Source of the DNA: a virus
Length of the DNA: 64,000 nt
IMG/VR virus record: IMGVR_UViG_3300042673_002211
Coordinates: 9,231-73,230 of that record
Reading direction: 5' to 3' (one strand)
Shown in pieces: positions 10,584 to 20,186 of the stretch. Made by a program: the position numbers and the translations under genes. The notes below the pieces were generated by a model that ran no database searches, was not told the DNA's origin, and saw only the letters and a list, made by a program, of their open reading frames with translations. The stretch's first letter is position 1, and every line of letters begins with the position of its first letter.

Positions 10584-11043
10584 ATAATAAATAATTTAGA
10601 CACAATGGACAATTTTGATTTTAAAAAATACTTAGTAGAGAATAAACTTACTTTAAATTCTCGTTTAAGTGAAACTACAACAGATAATGTTAGCGATTAT
10701 GATGATGGTATATACATTGCAATTAATAAGAAACCAACCCCCGAAATGCAAGCACAGATCGCGAAAGCAGCTAATGAAGAGTTTTTTGTTGATGAGGAAG
10801 AAATAAAATTTGGAGAAAATCCAAACACTGGAGAATATTCAGTATATATACCATTTGCTGGAGATTATTCTAATATGATGGATGTTTTAAAAAAATTTAA
10901 AATAGGGAAACGACCTTACACCAGCCCACATCTTAGGTAAAAGATACATAGGGATAATAAATAATTTAGACACAATGGACAATTTTGATTTTAAAAAATA
11001 CTTAGTAGAGAATAAACTTACTTCTAACTCTCGTTTAAATGAA
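10584..11043 (+). repeat. 90-bp direct repeat (10584-10673 and 10954-11043) covering the initiation region and first 23 codons of two genes
   Basis: First 70 nt identical, 4 mismatches in 90 nt; copies are 370 bp apart. Confidence 0.95.
10605..10940 (+). CDS. Putative internal head protein with conserved leader
   Basis: Starts MDNFDFKKYLVENKLTLNSRLSE; late motif upstream. Confidence 0.6.
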   Translation: MDNFDFKKYLVENKLTLNSRLSETTTDNVSDYDDGIYIAINKKPTPEMQAQIAKAANEEFFVDEEEIKFGENPNTGEYSVYIPFAGDYSNMMDVLKKFKIGKRPYTSPHLR

Positions 11044-11490
11044 GATAAACAAGAACTTTTAGATTTTATAAAAGCTAACAGTAAAGAAATTGCCCAAGCA
11101 GTTAGAGCTACAAATCTAAAAAATATCTCATCTGATAGTATGGGAGATATTTCAGCTACTCCACTATTTATAGATTATGAAATGGTATCCTCAACATCAG
11201 CCCCAAAAGCAACAATTGAGTTAAATGGAGAAACTTTTACAATTCAAGATGTTGTTTCTAACCCATCTATGTTTTTAAATAAAAAAGTAGTTTTCCAACG
11301 TAATGATGCATATTATCCTGAAAAAAGAATAATAGGAGTTATTGAAGATGATAGTATTGGGTTTAATGAAGGACCAAGCTCAAAGGGATCTGATATTTCA
11401 TTTTCTGAAACCCCAATTACAGATGGTGAAGAATCAGGTAAGGTTAATGTTGGAGGAAAAACAATATACTATACAATGTATAATGTTTAA
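10975..11490 (+). CDS. Putative internal head protein with conserved leader
   Basis: Starts MDNFDFKKYLVENKLTSNSRLNE, followed by an unrelated body. Confidence 0.6.
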   Translation: MDNFDFKKYLVENKLTSNSRLNEDKQELLDFIKANSKEIAQAVRATNLKNISSDSMGDISATPLFIDYEMVSSTSAPKATIELNGETFTIQDVVSNPSMFLNKKVVFQRNDAYYPEKRIIGVIEDDSIGFNEGPSSKGSDISFSETPITDGEESGKVNVGGKTIYYTMYNV

Positions 11491-11538
11491 TATTCTACAT
11501 ATAGTCGCCCCAATTAAATAAACAACATATAAAATAAA

Positions 11539-11564
11539 AAGCCCTTCAAAAGAGGGCTTATTTT
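11539..11564 (+). terminator. Intrinsic terminator
   Basis: AAGCCCT-TCAAAAG-AGGGCTT followed by ATTTT. Confidence 0.75.
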
Positions 11565-11566
11565 AA

Positions 11567-11598
11567 CTTGGCTACCCCAAATCAAGTTCGTACATTTA
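11567..11598 (+). promoter_or_regulatory. Bacteroidota-type promoter for the replication operon
   Basis: CTTG-N20-TACATTTA, resembling the -33 TTTG / -7 TAnnTTTG consensus. Confidence 0.7.
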
Positions 11599-11625
11599 GT
11601 ATCAAATATAAATAAGTTATAAAAA

Positions 11626-12444
11626 ATGGATTTAGAAGCAATCAAATCGCGTTTAAACGCAATGCAAAAAACCTCAAATGGTAAAAATGGAGGTGATCGT
11701 GCCTCAATGTTCTGGAAGCCTACCGTAGGCAAACAGACAGTTCGTGTTGTACCCTCAAAGTATAACTCATCAATGCCCTTTAGTGAAATTTTCTTTCACT
11801 ATGGAATTGACAAACCCGTAATGGTATCTCCCATCAACTGGGGAGAAAAAGATCCCATTGTAGAATTTGCAGCTACACTAAAGAAGACTAACGATAAGGA
11901 AAACTGGCGTTTGGCTAAAAAAATCGAACCAAAAGCTCGTTACTTTGCTCCCGTAATTGTACGAGGTGAAGAAGATAAAGGTGTTCGCTTGTGGCAGTTC
12001 GGTAAAGAAATTTACGAAACATTCCTACAAATGGCTGTTGACGAGGAAGTTGGTGATTACACTGACTTGATGGAAGGTCGCGACATCAAACTCACTACAG
12101 TGGGTCCCGAAGCAACTGGTACACCTTACAACAAAACTACAGTTGCCCCATCAATGAAGAACACTCCATTGGGTGATGCTGATCAAATCCTATTGTGGAA
12201 AGACAATCAACCAAACCCTAAAGAGACATTCAAACCATTTACTTTTGATGAGATGAAATTGGCTCTACAAAACTGGTTGACTCCCGAGTCTACAGAAGGT
12301 AGCATTATCGATGACGAGAAGGAAGTAGAAGAAGCACCAAAAACCAACTACTCAGTAAACACTTCAACTGCTGCTGTAAAGCAAAGCAAGCTTGATAAGT
12401 TTGATAGTTTGTTTGAAGATGAATCTGACGGTCTACCTTTCTAA
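11626..12444 (+). CDS. Single-stranded DNA-binding protein, T4 gp32-like
   Basis: FWKP..G...VRVVP, GVRLWQFGKEIY, GRDIKLT, acidic tail ending DGLPF. Confidence 0.85.
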   Translation: MDLEAIKSRLNAMQKTSNGKNGGDRASMFWKPTVGKQTVRVVPSKYNSSMPFSEIFFHYGIDKPVMVSPINWGEKDPIVEFAATLKKTNDKENWRLAKKIEPKARYFAPVIVRGEEDKGVRLWQFGKEIYETFLQMAVDEEVGDYTDLMEGRDIKLTTVGPEATGTPYNKTTVAPSMKNTPLGDADQILLWKDNQPNPKETFKPFTFDEMKLALQNWLTPESTEGSIIDDEKEVEEAPKTNYSVNTSTAAVKQSKLDKFDSLFEDESDGLPF

Positions 12445-12446
12445 GC

Positions 12447-13526
12447 ATGGCTAAAAAACGTAGTGAATCACTTTCGGCAGCAGTATCTGCCGAGATTAGA
12501 TCAGGATTTAGTCTTGATAAATTCAAGGATAAAAAAGGTCTATCAGGTTCGGTTAAATTCAAACCCCAACAATGGGTACCCCTTGCTCCTGCTTTTCAAG
12601 AAGTAACGAGCATACCTGGTATTCCTACTGGTCATATTGTTCTCCTCCGGGGCCATAGCGACACAGGTAAAACAACCGCACTTATTGAGGCAGCAGTCAA
12701 CGCTCAAAAAGCAGGTATTCTACCAGTGTTTATCATCACCGAGATGAAATGGAACTGGGAACACGCCACTCAAATGGGCCTCCAATTGGAGGAAGTGTGG
12801 GACGAAGAAACAGGTGAATTGGTCAATTATACAGGATTTTTCCTATATGCTGACCGCGAAACCATCCATACCATTGAAGATGTAGCAGCCTTTATTTTAG
12901 ATTTGCTTGATGAACAGAAAAAAGGTAACCTACCATACGATTTAATGTTTTTGTGGGATTCAATTGGTTCAGTACCTTGTGAGTTGTCGGTTCGTTCTAA
13001 TAAAAACAATAACGAATGGAATGCTGGAGCGATGTCAACTCAATTTGGCAATGGTGTAAATCAAAAGATTACACTATCGCGTAAAGAGTCTTCAAAGCAT
13101 ACTAATACTTTAGTTTGTATCAATAAGGTATGGACCGCTAAACCCGAAATGCCTATGGGTCAACCCAAGTTGATGAACAAAGGTGGTTTCGCTATGTGGT
13201 TTGACGCTACATTTGTAGTAACCTTTGGTAATATTGCAAATGCGGGTACCAATAAGATTAAAGCAATCAAGGACGGCAAGCAAGTAGAATTTGCTAAACG
13301 CACTAACGTTCAAATTGATAAAAACCACATCAATGGCATTACCACTAAGGGTAAGATTATTATGACACCCCACGGGTTTATTAATGATACTGATAAAGCC
13401 CTTAAGGATTATAAAGATTCACACGCTAAAGAGTGGAGTAGGATCTTAGGTGGTGGAGATTTTTCTATAGTAGAGGAAGTTGATACTTTCGAAGCTCCAG
13501 AAATATACACTCAGGAACCAGAATAG
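12447..13526 (+). CDS. uvsX: RecA/UvsX-like recombinase
   Basis: Walker A GHSDTGKT, FLWDSIGS, KGG-type motif; follows the SSB gene. Confidence 0.85.
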   Translation: MAKKRSESLSAAVSAEIRSGFSLDKFKDKKGLSGSVKFKPQQWVPLAPAFQEVTSIPGIPTGHIVLLRGHSDTGKTTALIEAAVNAQKAGILPVFIITEMKWNWEHATQMGLQLEEVWDEETGELVNYTGFFLYADRETIHTIEDVAAFILDLLDEQKKGNLPYDLMFLWDSIGSVPCELSVRSNKNNNEWNAGAMSTQFGNGVNQKITLSRKESSKHTNTLVCINKVWTAKPEMPMGQPKLMNKGGFAMWFDATFVVTFGNIANAGTNKIKAIKDGKQVEFAKRTNVQIDKNHINGITTKGKIIMTPHGFINDTDKALKDYKDSHAKEWSRILGGGDFSIVEEVDTFEAPEIYTQEPE

Positions 13527-13527
13527 G

Positions 13528-14568
13528 ATGGATGCTAAAGATCTATTATCACTCCTCAACAATGTAGTTGAGGAGAATGAGACAGAATCCCTTAATAAAC
13601 ATGACCGTGTTCTTTTAATTGATGGTCTAAATTTATTTTTTCGTAATTTTGCAATGCTGAACTTTGTCAATGAAGACGGAGTTCACGTTGGAGGGTTAGG
13701 CGGGTTTCTTCGTTCACTAGGAACTTTAATAAATCGAATCCAACCCACCTCAGTTTATGTAGTATTTGATGGAGTTGGTTCTACGATTAATCGCAAAAAC
13801 CTTCTCCCCGAATACAAATCTAATCGCAACATAACCCGTATTACAAACTGGGATATTTTTGAGAGTTTGGATGACGAACACGCCGCTAAGGTGGACCAAA
13901 TTGTGCGTTTAATCCATTATTTACAGTGCTTGCCTGTTAAAACGTTGTCACTGGATAAAGTAGAGGCTGACGATATTATAGCGCATTTAGCCACAAAGCT
14001 ATCCTCTGATTATGGTTCAAAAGTATTTATAGTCTCAAGCGATAAGGATTTTATTCAATTGGTAAACGAGAATATTATCGTATATCGCCCCATTGAAAAA
14101 GACTACTATACAACAGATACTGTAATTGAAAAATTTGGTATTTCTGCTGCTAACTTTATTTTATATAAAGTACTAATGGGCGATGCTTCAGATAAAGTAG
14201 CAGGTGTGAAAGGTTTAGGCGAAAAGAAACTAATGAAATTGTTTCCTGAACTCTCTCAGCGTATATTAACGCTGCAAGATATTTTGGACATAAGTGAGGT
14301 AAAACTCAAAGAAAACATTATATACGCTAGAGTATTAGATATGCAAGACCAGCTTGAAAAAAATTACCGCATTATGAATCTGCATAATCCTATGTTAGAT
14401 GATATTGAACAAGAGTTTTTAGATGCTATTATTGAATATCCTTTACCTGAACTTGATAATATGAAATTTCTTAAGTATTATCACGAGGATGGTTTGAAAC
14501 ATTTAATCAAGAATATTGATTATTGGATTCAAAACACATTTAAAGATTTAATCAGTTATAATAAATAA
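13528..14568 (+). CDS. 5'-3' exonuclease / flap endonuclease (T4 RNase H / PolI N-terminal type)
   Basis: LLIDGLN, VVFDG, YKSNR, EADDIIA, SSDKDFIQL, GDASDKVAGVKGLGEK; ATG at 13528 preferred. Confidence 0.92.
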   Translation: MDAKDLLSLLNNVVEENETESLNKHDRVLLIDGLNLFFRNFAMLNFVNEDGVHVGGLGGFLRSLGTLINRIQPTSVYVVFDGVGSTINRKNLLPEYKSNRNITRITNWDIFESLDDEHAAKVDQIVRLIHYLQCLPVKTLSLDKVEADDIIAHLATKLSSDYGSKVFIVSSDKDFIQLVNENIIVYRPIEKDYYTTDTVIEKFGISAANFILYKVLMGDASDKVAGVKGLGEKKLMKLFPELSQRILTLQDILDISEVKLKENIIYARVLDMQDQLEKNYRIMNLHNPMLDDIEQEFLDAIIEYPLPELDNMKFLKYYHEDGLKHLIKNIDYWIQNTFKDLISYNK

Positions 14569-14573
14569 GTTAC

Positions 14574-15932
14574 ATGACACTCACAAATATTAATCAATAC
14601 GGACCTGGATTTCAGGTTAAAGTATTAGCTGCTCTTTTGAGCCATAAAGAATTTTTGATTAATATTCACGATATTATCAGTGAAGAATACTTTGAATCAC
14701 AAGCCCATAAATGGATTATCAAAGAGATTTTAAAATACTATGGTAAGTATCATACGACCCCATCATTGGAGGTTTTAAAAGTAGAAATTAAAAAATTACA
14801 AAATGAAGTTTTACAAATTGCCGTTAAAGAACAACTTCGCGAAGCATATAAAGAGTCAGACGATTTGGCTTATGTTGAAGAAGAGTTTTCTGCGTTTTGC
14901 AAAAATCAGATGCTTAAGAAAGCGCTGCTGCAGTCAGTAGATTTACTGCAAGCCGGAGATTACGATTCAATCAAATTTATGATTGAGTCTGCTATGAAAG
15001 CCGGTCAAGATAAAAATTTAGGTCATGAATATAATAAAGATATTGAAACACGCTATCGCGAGGAACACCGAGTTATTGTTCCAACCCCTTGGACTGAGTT
15101 TAACAACATACTTCAGGGAGGCCTCGGAAATGGAGATTTTGGTCTTATATTTGGTAATCCAGGAGGTGGTAAATCTTGGGCTCTAGTAGCCCTAGGAGGT
15201 CATGCCGTTAAAATGGGTTACAATGTAATCCATTATACTCTGGAGCTAGGTGAGGATTATGTTGGTAGACGATATGACGCTTACTTTACTCAAATCCCAG
15301 TAAACGTAATCTCAACACATAAAGATAAAGTAGAAGAGGTTATGGACAGTCTACCAGGACAACTAATCATTAAAGAATACACGCCAGGTAAAGCATCCAT
15401 ATCTACGCTTGAATCTCATATTCAAAAATGTATTGATTTAGATTTCAAACCCGATTTGATTATTATTGACTACGTTGACCTGCTTCGCTCAAAGAAGCTG
15501 AATCGTGAGCGTAAGGAAGAAATAGATGATATTTATGTGGGCACTAAAGGATTAGCACGCGGATTGAATATCCCAGTTTGGAGCGTCTCACAGGTCAACC
15601 GCGCAGGTGCCAAGGACGATATCATTGAGGGAGATAAAGCCGCAGGTTCTTATGATAAAATCATGATTACCGATTTCGCTGCTTCTTTAAGTCGTAAACG
15701 CCAAGACAAAGTCAACGGCACAGGTAGATGGCATATTATGAAAAATAGATACGGAATGGATGGTTTAACTTATGGCGCTAAAATCGACACCTCTATGGGA
15801 TTGTTCGAGACAATTAGCGATGATGAGCTAGAATCAATTACCCCAGCCGATACTAAACAAAGCTATGGCCAAGTGTCTGATTCCGAAAAAGAACAATTAC
15901 GACAGCACCACAACTTTTTCCTAAATAACTAA
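14574..15932 (+). CDS. dnaB: Replicative DnaB/gp41-like helicase
   Basis: Walker A GNPGGGKS, TLEL, IIIDYVDL, SQVNR, KNRYG. Confidence 0.92.
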   Translation: MTLTNINQYGPGFQVKVLAALLSHKEFLINIHDIISEEYFESQAHKWIIKEILKYYGKYHTTPSLEVLKVEIKKLQNEVLQIAVKEQLREAYKESDDLAYVEEEFSAFCKNQMLKKALLQSVDLLQAGDYDSIKFMIESAMKAGQDKNLGHEYNKDIETRYREEHRVIVPTPWTEFNNILQGGLGNGDFGLIFGNPGGGKSWALVALGGHAVKMGYNVIHYTLELGEDYVGRRYDAYFTQIPVNVISTHKDKVEEVMDSLPGQLIIKEYTPGKASISTLESHIQKCIDLDFKPDLIIIDYVDLLRSKKLNRERKEEIDDIYVGTKGLARGLNIPVWSVSQVNRAGAKDDIIEGDKAAGSYDKIMITDFAASLSRKRQDKVNGTGRWHIMKNRYGMDGLTYGAKIDTSMGLFETISDDELESITPADTKQSYGQVSDSEKEQLRQHHNFFLNN

Positions 15933-15942
15933 TAACCCTACA

Positions 15943-16929
15943 ATGGCAAAGAAATTAAATCTGTTGCATGAGAGAATCATCTACAAACCTTTTGAATACC
16001 CTCAAGCTTACGAATACTGGCTAAACCAACAACAGGCACACTGGCTTCATACTGAAATCCCAATGATGTCTGACCTAAATGATTGGAACTCTAATCTAAA
16101 TAAAACAGAAAAAAATATTATAGGCTCAATCCTAAAAGGATTTGCCCAAACCGAAACTATTGTAAACGATTATTGGTCTGGATTAGTAACTAAATGGTTT
16201 AGAAAACCCGAAGTTATAATGATGGCTACAACATTTGGCGCATTTGAAACAATCCACGCCGAAGCTTATTCTCTATTAAATGAAACACTTGGACTCGATA
16301 ACTTCTCAGAATTTCTTGAGGATGAAGCTACAATGGCAAAAATTGAAAATCTTATGTCTGTTAGGGATAGTTTCAATGGCGAAAAAAATGTCCCGGAAAT
16401 TGCCAAATCATTGGCTATATTCTCAGCCTTTACCGAGGGCGTTAACCTATTCTCTTCATTCGCCATACTACTCTCTTTTAAAATGCGAAACAAGCTTAAA
16501 GGAGTGGGTCAAATTGTTGAATGGTCTATTAGAGACGAGTCGATGCACTCAGAAGCCGGGTGCTGGTTATTTAGAACCCTTATTGAAGAAAATCCGTACC
16601 TTAAAACAAAAGAATTAGAGGCAGCAATTAACGAGGCCGCTCTACTTTCACTTAAACTTGAACTTGACTTTATTGATAAAGTATTTGAGTTAGGTGATCT
16701 AGAAGGATGTTCAAAATACGATTTACAAAACTTTATTAAAAATAGAGTTAACACTAAACTTGGTGATTTAGGATACAACCCCATTATCACCGATATTGAC
16801 CTAACAGCAGTTGAGCGTATGAAATGGTTTGATCACCTTTCAGCAGGTAAACAACACACCGACTTTTTTGCTAATAGAGTCACTAACTATTCTAAAGGAA
16901 CTATGACATGGGACGAATCAATTTTTTAA
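15943..16929 (+). CDS. nrdB: Class I ribonucleotide reductase beta subunit
   Basis: KPFEYP, ETIHAEAY, EGVNLFSSF, RDESMH, TDFF..RVTNY. Confidence 0.95.
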   Translation: MAKKLNLLHERIIYKPFEYPQAYEYWLNQQQAHWLHTEIPMMSDLNDWNSNLNKTEKNIIGSILKGFAQTETIVNDYWSGLVTKWFRKPEVIMMATTFGAFETIHAEAYSLLNETLGLDNFSEFLEDEATMAKIENLMSVRDSFNGEKNVPEIAKSLAIFSAFTEGVNLFSSFAILLSFKMRNKLKGVGQIVEWSIRDESMHSEAGCWLFRTLIEENPYLKTKELEAAINEAALLSLKLELDFIDKVFELGDLEGCSKYDLQNFIKNRVNTKLGDLGYNPIITDIDLTAVERMKWFDHLSAGKQHTDFFANRVTNYSKGTMTWDESIF

Positions 16930-16942
16930 TAACAAACAAATA

Positions 16943-18652
16943 ATGGACAGTAATTTAGTAGTAGACTACACACAATGGGAACGAGGTAAAGACTATCCCG
17001 AATTTTTTGATGAAGTAGCCCTTAGTACTATCTCTAGAGGATACTTACTACCAGGTGAAACACCTAAAAAAGCATACCGAAGAGTAGCTCACGCTGTAGC
17101 GTTGCGTTTAAACCGCCCTGAATTAGAGAATAAATTTTTCAAATACATTTGGAATGGATGGATTGGTTTGGCTAGCCCAGTACTCAGCAATACTGGTACT
17201 GATCGTGGGTTACCTATTTCTTGTTTTGGGATTGATACCCCAGATAGTGTCCGAGGAATTGGACTTACTAACGCTGAACTTATGCGCCTTACTTCGTACG
17301 GTGGTGGTGTGGGAATTTCCCTTAGCCGAATTCGACCAAGAGGTACCTCAATTACAGGAAACGGTAGATCAGAAGGAGTAGTACCTTGGGCTAAAATCTA
17401 TGATTCTACTATCATAGCTACTAACCAGGGTTCAGTTAGAAGAGGAGCTGCTTCAGTAAATCTAGATATCAACCACAAAGATATTCACGAATTTCTTCAA
17501 ATCCGCAGACCAAAAGGTGATCCTAATAGGCAATGTCTTAATCTACACCAATGCGTTGTTGTTGATGACGCGTTTATGAAGCGCTTAAATGATCGCGACA
17601 GCGATGCTATGTCACTTTGGTTAGAGGTGCTTAAATCACGCGTAGAGACCGGAGAACCATACATTATGTTTAGCGATAATGTCAACAAAGATAATCCATT
17701 GGCGTATAGGATGAATAATCTTGATGTTTCAATGACTAACATTTGTACTGAAATTACTTTACATACAGACGAGGAACACTCATTCATTTGTTGTTTATCT
17801 TCTCTTAATTTAGCCAAGTATGATGAGTGGAAAGACACTGACTTGGTAGAAACATCTATCTATTTTCTAGATGGTGTAATGGAAGAATTTATCCAAAAAA
17901 CTAATGGTAAAGAATCTATGATTAGATCTCACCGCCATGCTAAAAAAGGTAGAGCACTAGGATTAGGGGTAATGGGTTGGCATACTTTTCTACAACAAAA
18001 GAATTTACCATTCAATTCAATTGCTTCAACAGCCTGGACACACACTATCTTTAGCCAAATCAAAACACAAGCCGAAGCTGCTTCTCGTAAAATGGCAGTT
18101 GAATATGGTGAGCCACTTTGGTGTAAAGGAACAGGTACAAGAAATACACACTTGCTAGCTATTGCTCCTACTGTTTCTAACTCGCGCATCAATTCATGTT
18201 CAGCAGGTATTGAACCACAACCAGCAAACGTTTATGTTTTCAATGGTGCTAAAGGAACATTTATCGTTAAAAATCCCGAATTAGAGACATTACTTGAATC
18301 TAAAGGACATAATGTAAGTAAAGTATGGGACCAAATTCTAGCAGATAATGGTTCAGTACAGAATTTACCTAGTTCAATATTGAGTGATGAAGATAAAGAA
18401 GTATTTTTAACTTTCCCTGAAATTAACCAGTTAGCTTTAGTTCAACAAGCTGCGGCTCGCCAACGCTATATTGACCAAACTCAATCACTTAATGTATCGT
18501 TTGACCCAACCGATTCACCAAAATGGATTAATCAAGTTCACATAGAGGCATGGAAACTAGGAATCAAAACACTTTACTATCTACGTACTGATTCAGTGAT
18601 TAAGGGAGATCTTGGATCTCGCACCGTAGATTGCGTTTCTTGCGATGGGTAG
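16943..18652 (+). CDS. nrdA: Class I ribonucleotide reductase alpha subunit (no ATP cone)
   Basis: SPVLSN, PISCF, TNICTEI, CCLSSLN, LAIAPT, KTLYYLR, C-terminal CVSCDG. Confidence 0.95.
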   Translation: MDSNLVVDYTQWERGKDYPEFFDEVALSTISRGYLLPGETPKKAYRRVAHAVALRLNRPELENKFFKYIWNGWIGLASPVLSNTGTDRGLPISCFGIDTPDSVRGIGLTNAELMRLTSYGGGVGISLSRIRPRGTSITGNGRSEGVVPWAKIYDSTIIATNQGSVRRGAASVNLDINHKDIHEFLQIRRPKGDPNRQCLNLHQCVVVDDAFMKRLNDRDSDAMSLWLEVLKSRVETGEPYIMFSDNVNKDNPLAYRMNNLDVSMTNICTEITLHTDEEHSFICCLSSLNLAKYDEWKDTDLVETSIYFLDGVMEEFIQKTNGKESMIRSHRHAKKGRALGLGVMGWHTFLQQKNLPFNSIASTAWTHTIFSQIKTQAEAASRKMAVEYGEPLWCKGTGTRNTHLLAIAPTVSNSRINSCSAGIEPQPANVYVFNGAKGTFIVKNPELETLLESKGHNVSKVWDQILADNGSVQNLPSSILSDEDKEVFLTFPEINQLALVQQAAARQRYIDQTQSLNVSFDPTDSPKWINQVHIEAWKLGIKTLYYLRTDSVIKGDLGSRTVDCVSCDG

Positions 18653-18685
18653 TAATATGTATAACAATAACAAATAATATAAATA

Positions 18686-18883
18686 ATGGAATTTTTAAAA
18701 AAACTTTGGAACTGGTTACTAGGACAAACTACGGTAGATGAAAAAATTGAAGCTAAAGTAGTTGAAGTCAAAAAAGAAGTAGCTGAGGTAGTAGAAGCTG
18801 TTAAAGTCGTAGTCAAAGAAACTAAAGACGTAGTTAAAACTGTTAAACCCAGAAAACCTCGTAAGCCAAAAGCTAGTAAATAA
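18686..18883 (+). CDS. Small protein with amphipathic N-terminus and basic PRK-repeat tail
   Basis: MEFLKKLWNWLLG...KPRKPRKPKASK; late-like motif upstream and terminator downstream. Confidence 0.7.
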   Translation: MEFLKKLWNWLLGQTTVDEKIEAKVVEVKKEVAEVVEAVKVVVKETKDVVKTVKPRKPRKPKASK

Positions 18884-18906
18884 TTACATTTTTTATATAA
18901 ACTTTT

Positions 18907-18931
18907 AAGGGCATCTTGTATGCCCTTTTTT
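18907..18931 (+). terminator. Intrinsic terminator
   Basis: AAGGGCAT-CTTGT-ATGCCCTT plus T-run. Confidence 0.85.
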
Positions 18932-18986
18932 ATATTTATAATAGACCAAAAAGTTTTGAATTTATTAAATCTTATAAAGAAAAATA

Positions 18987-20096
18987 ATGAAAAACTTATC
19001 CAAAGAAGAGTTATTAAATAGAATGGAGGCTATTAATCGTAGCAACGCTCTTATTTATTTTGATCTTAATGGTTTTATTCTTGGAGTGAATTCTATCTTT
19101 TTAACAACAATGGGTTATAAAGAGGACGAACATGAAAAAGTTGTTGGTCAGCATCACAGTATTTTTGTTGCTCCTGAATATGCACAATCAGAAGAATATA
19201 AAAGGTTTTGGAAAAAGCTAGGAGAAGGTAACTTTCACGAAGGTGAATTTGAAAGAATAAAAGCAGACGGAAACATTATCTATCTCCAGGCAACTTATAA
19301 TCCAATACTTGATGAAAATGGTGTTGTAACTAAGGTAATGAAGGTTGCTTCTGATATTACTACAACTGTAATAGCAAAAAATGCAATTAGTGCAATAAAT
19401 AAAAGTAATGCTATTATATATTTTGATTGTGATGGTTATATACTAGATGCAAACTCCATATTTTTAGAAACAATGGGGTATAACAAAAACGATTTAGATA
19501 AAATTGTTGGGAAGCACCATAGTATTTTTGTAGGTTATGAGTATGCTAAATCCGAAGAATATAAAGGATTTTGGCAAAAGCTAAAAAGTGGTAAATTTTT
19601 TGAGGGTGAATATGAAAGGATGAGAGTAGATGGTTCTTCTATTTATTTAAAAGCATCCTATAATCCCATAATTAGCAACGATGGAACTTGTAAAAAAGTA
19701 ATGAAAATTGCTACTGACATTACTGATACGATTACTATTAAAAAGCAAGTAGAAGAACTTTCTAAAAATTTACAGGTTGAATTAGATAATTCAAATAAAC
19801 TTAAATTATCAATAGAAATAGAAAAAAATAATGCACTAGAAGACTTAGATGCAACTATAAAAAAAAGCCAAAATGAACTAATTAAAACTATTGTTAAATC
19901 AGCTCTATTTGTAATCATGAGTGTTGGGTTTATTACCACTATTATGTACTCATTTGCAATACTTAATGATAGAGATACTCAAATAATTGGTTCAACCTGG
20001 AGTAACATGTTTAGCGTACTTTTAACGAATGCATTTTCAATTGTAGGCACAATTATGGGTATTAAATATGCAACACAAGAAGATAAAAAAACTTAA
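18987..20096 (+). CDS. Tandem PAS-domain protein with coiled coil and two C-terminal transmembrane segments
   Basis: Two ~120-aa repeats (AIN.SNA.IYFD..G.IL..NSIFL.TMGY...VG.HHSIFV...EEYK.FW.KL..G.F.EGE.ER...DG..IYL.A.YNPI....G...KVMK.A.DIT) of the chemoreceptor PAS type. No MCP, kinase or GGDEF output domain. Confidence 0.85.
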   Translation: MKNLSKEELLNRMEAINRSNALIYFDLNGFILGVNSIFLTTMGYKEDEHEKVVGQHHSIFVAPEYAQSEEYKRFWKKLGEGNFHEGEFERIKADGNIIYLQATYNPILDENGVVTKVMKVASDITTTVIAKNAISAINKSNAIIYFDCDGYILDANSIFLETMGYNKNDLDKIVGKHHSIFVGYEYAKSEEYKGFWQKLKSGKFFEGEYERMRVDGSSIYLKASYNPIISNDGTCKKVMKIATDITDTITIKKQVEELSKNLQVELDNSNKLKLSIEIEKNNALEDLDATIKKSQNELIKTIVKSALFVIMSVGFITTIMYSFAILNDRDTQIIGSTWSNMFSVLLTNAFSIVGTIMGIKYATQEDKKT

Positions 20097-20105
20097 AATA
20101 TATAG

Positions 20106-20129
20106 AAAGGATATTTTATATTCTTTTTT
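20106..20129 (+). terminator. Weak terminator-like hairpin
   Basis: AAAGGATAT-TTT-ATATTCTTT plus Ts; resembles the 18907 unit. Confidence 0.4.
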
Positions 20130-20186
20130 ATATTTATAACAAATGTTTTATCCAATAGTTGTATTTAACTAACTTAAATTTAAATT

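Noticed and set aside
10584-11043. Direct repeat as a CRISPR array, DGR template/variable pair or att site
   Set aside because: Only two copies, covering gene starts; mismatches are not adenine-specific; no cas, reverse transcriptase or integrase in the window.
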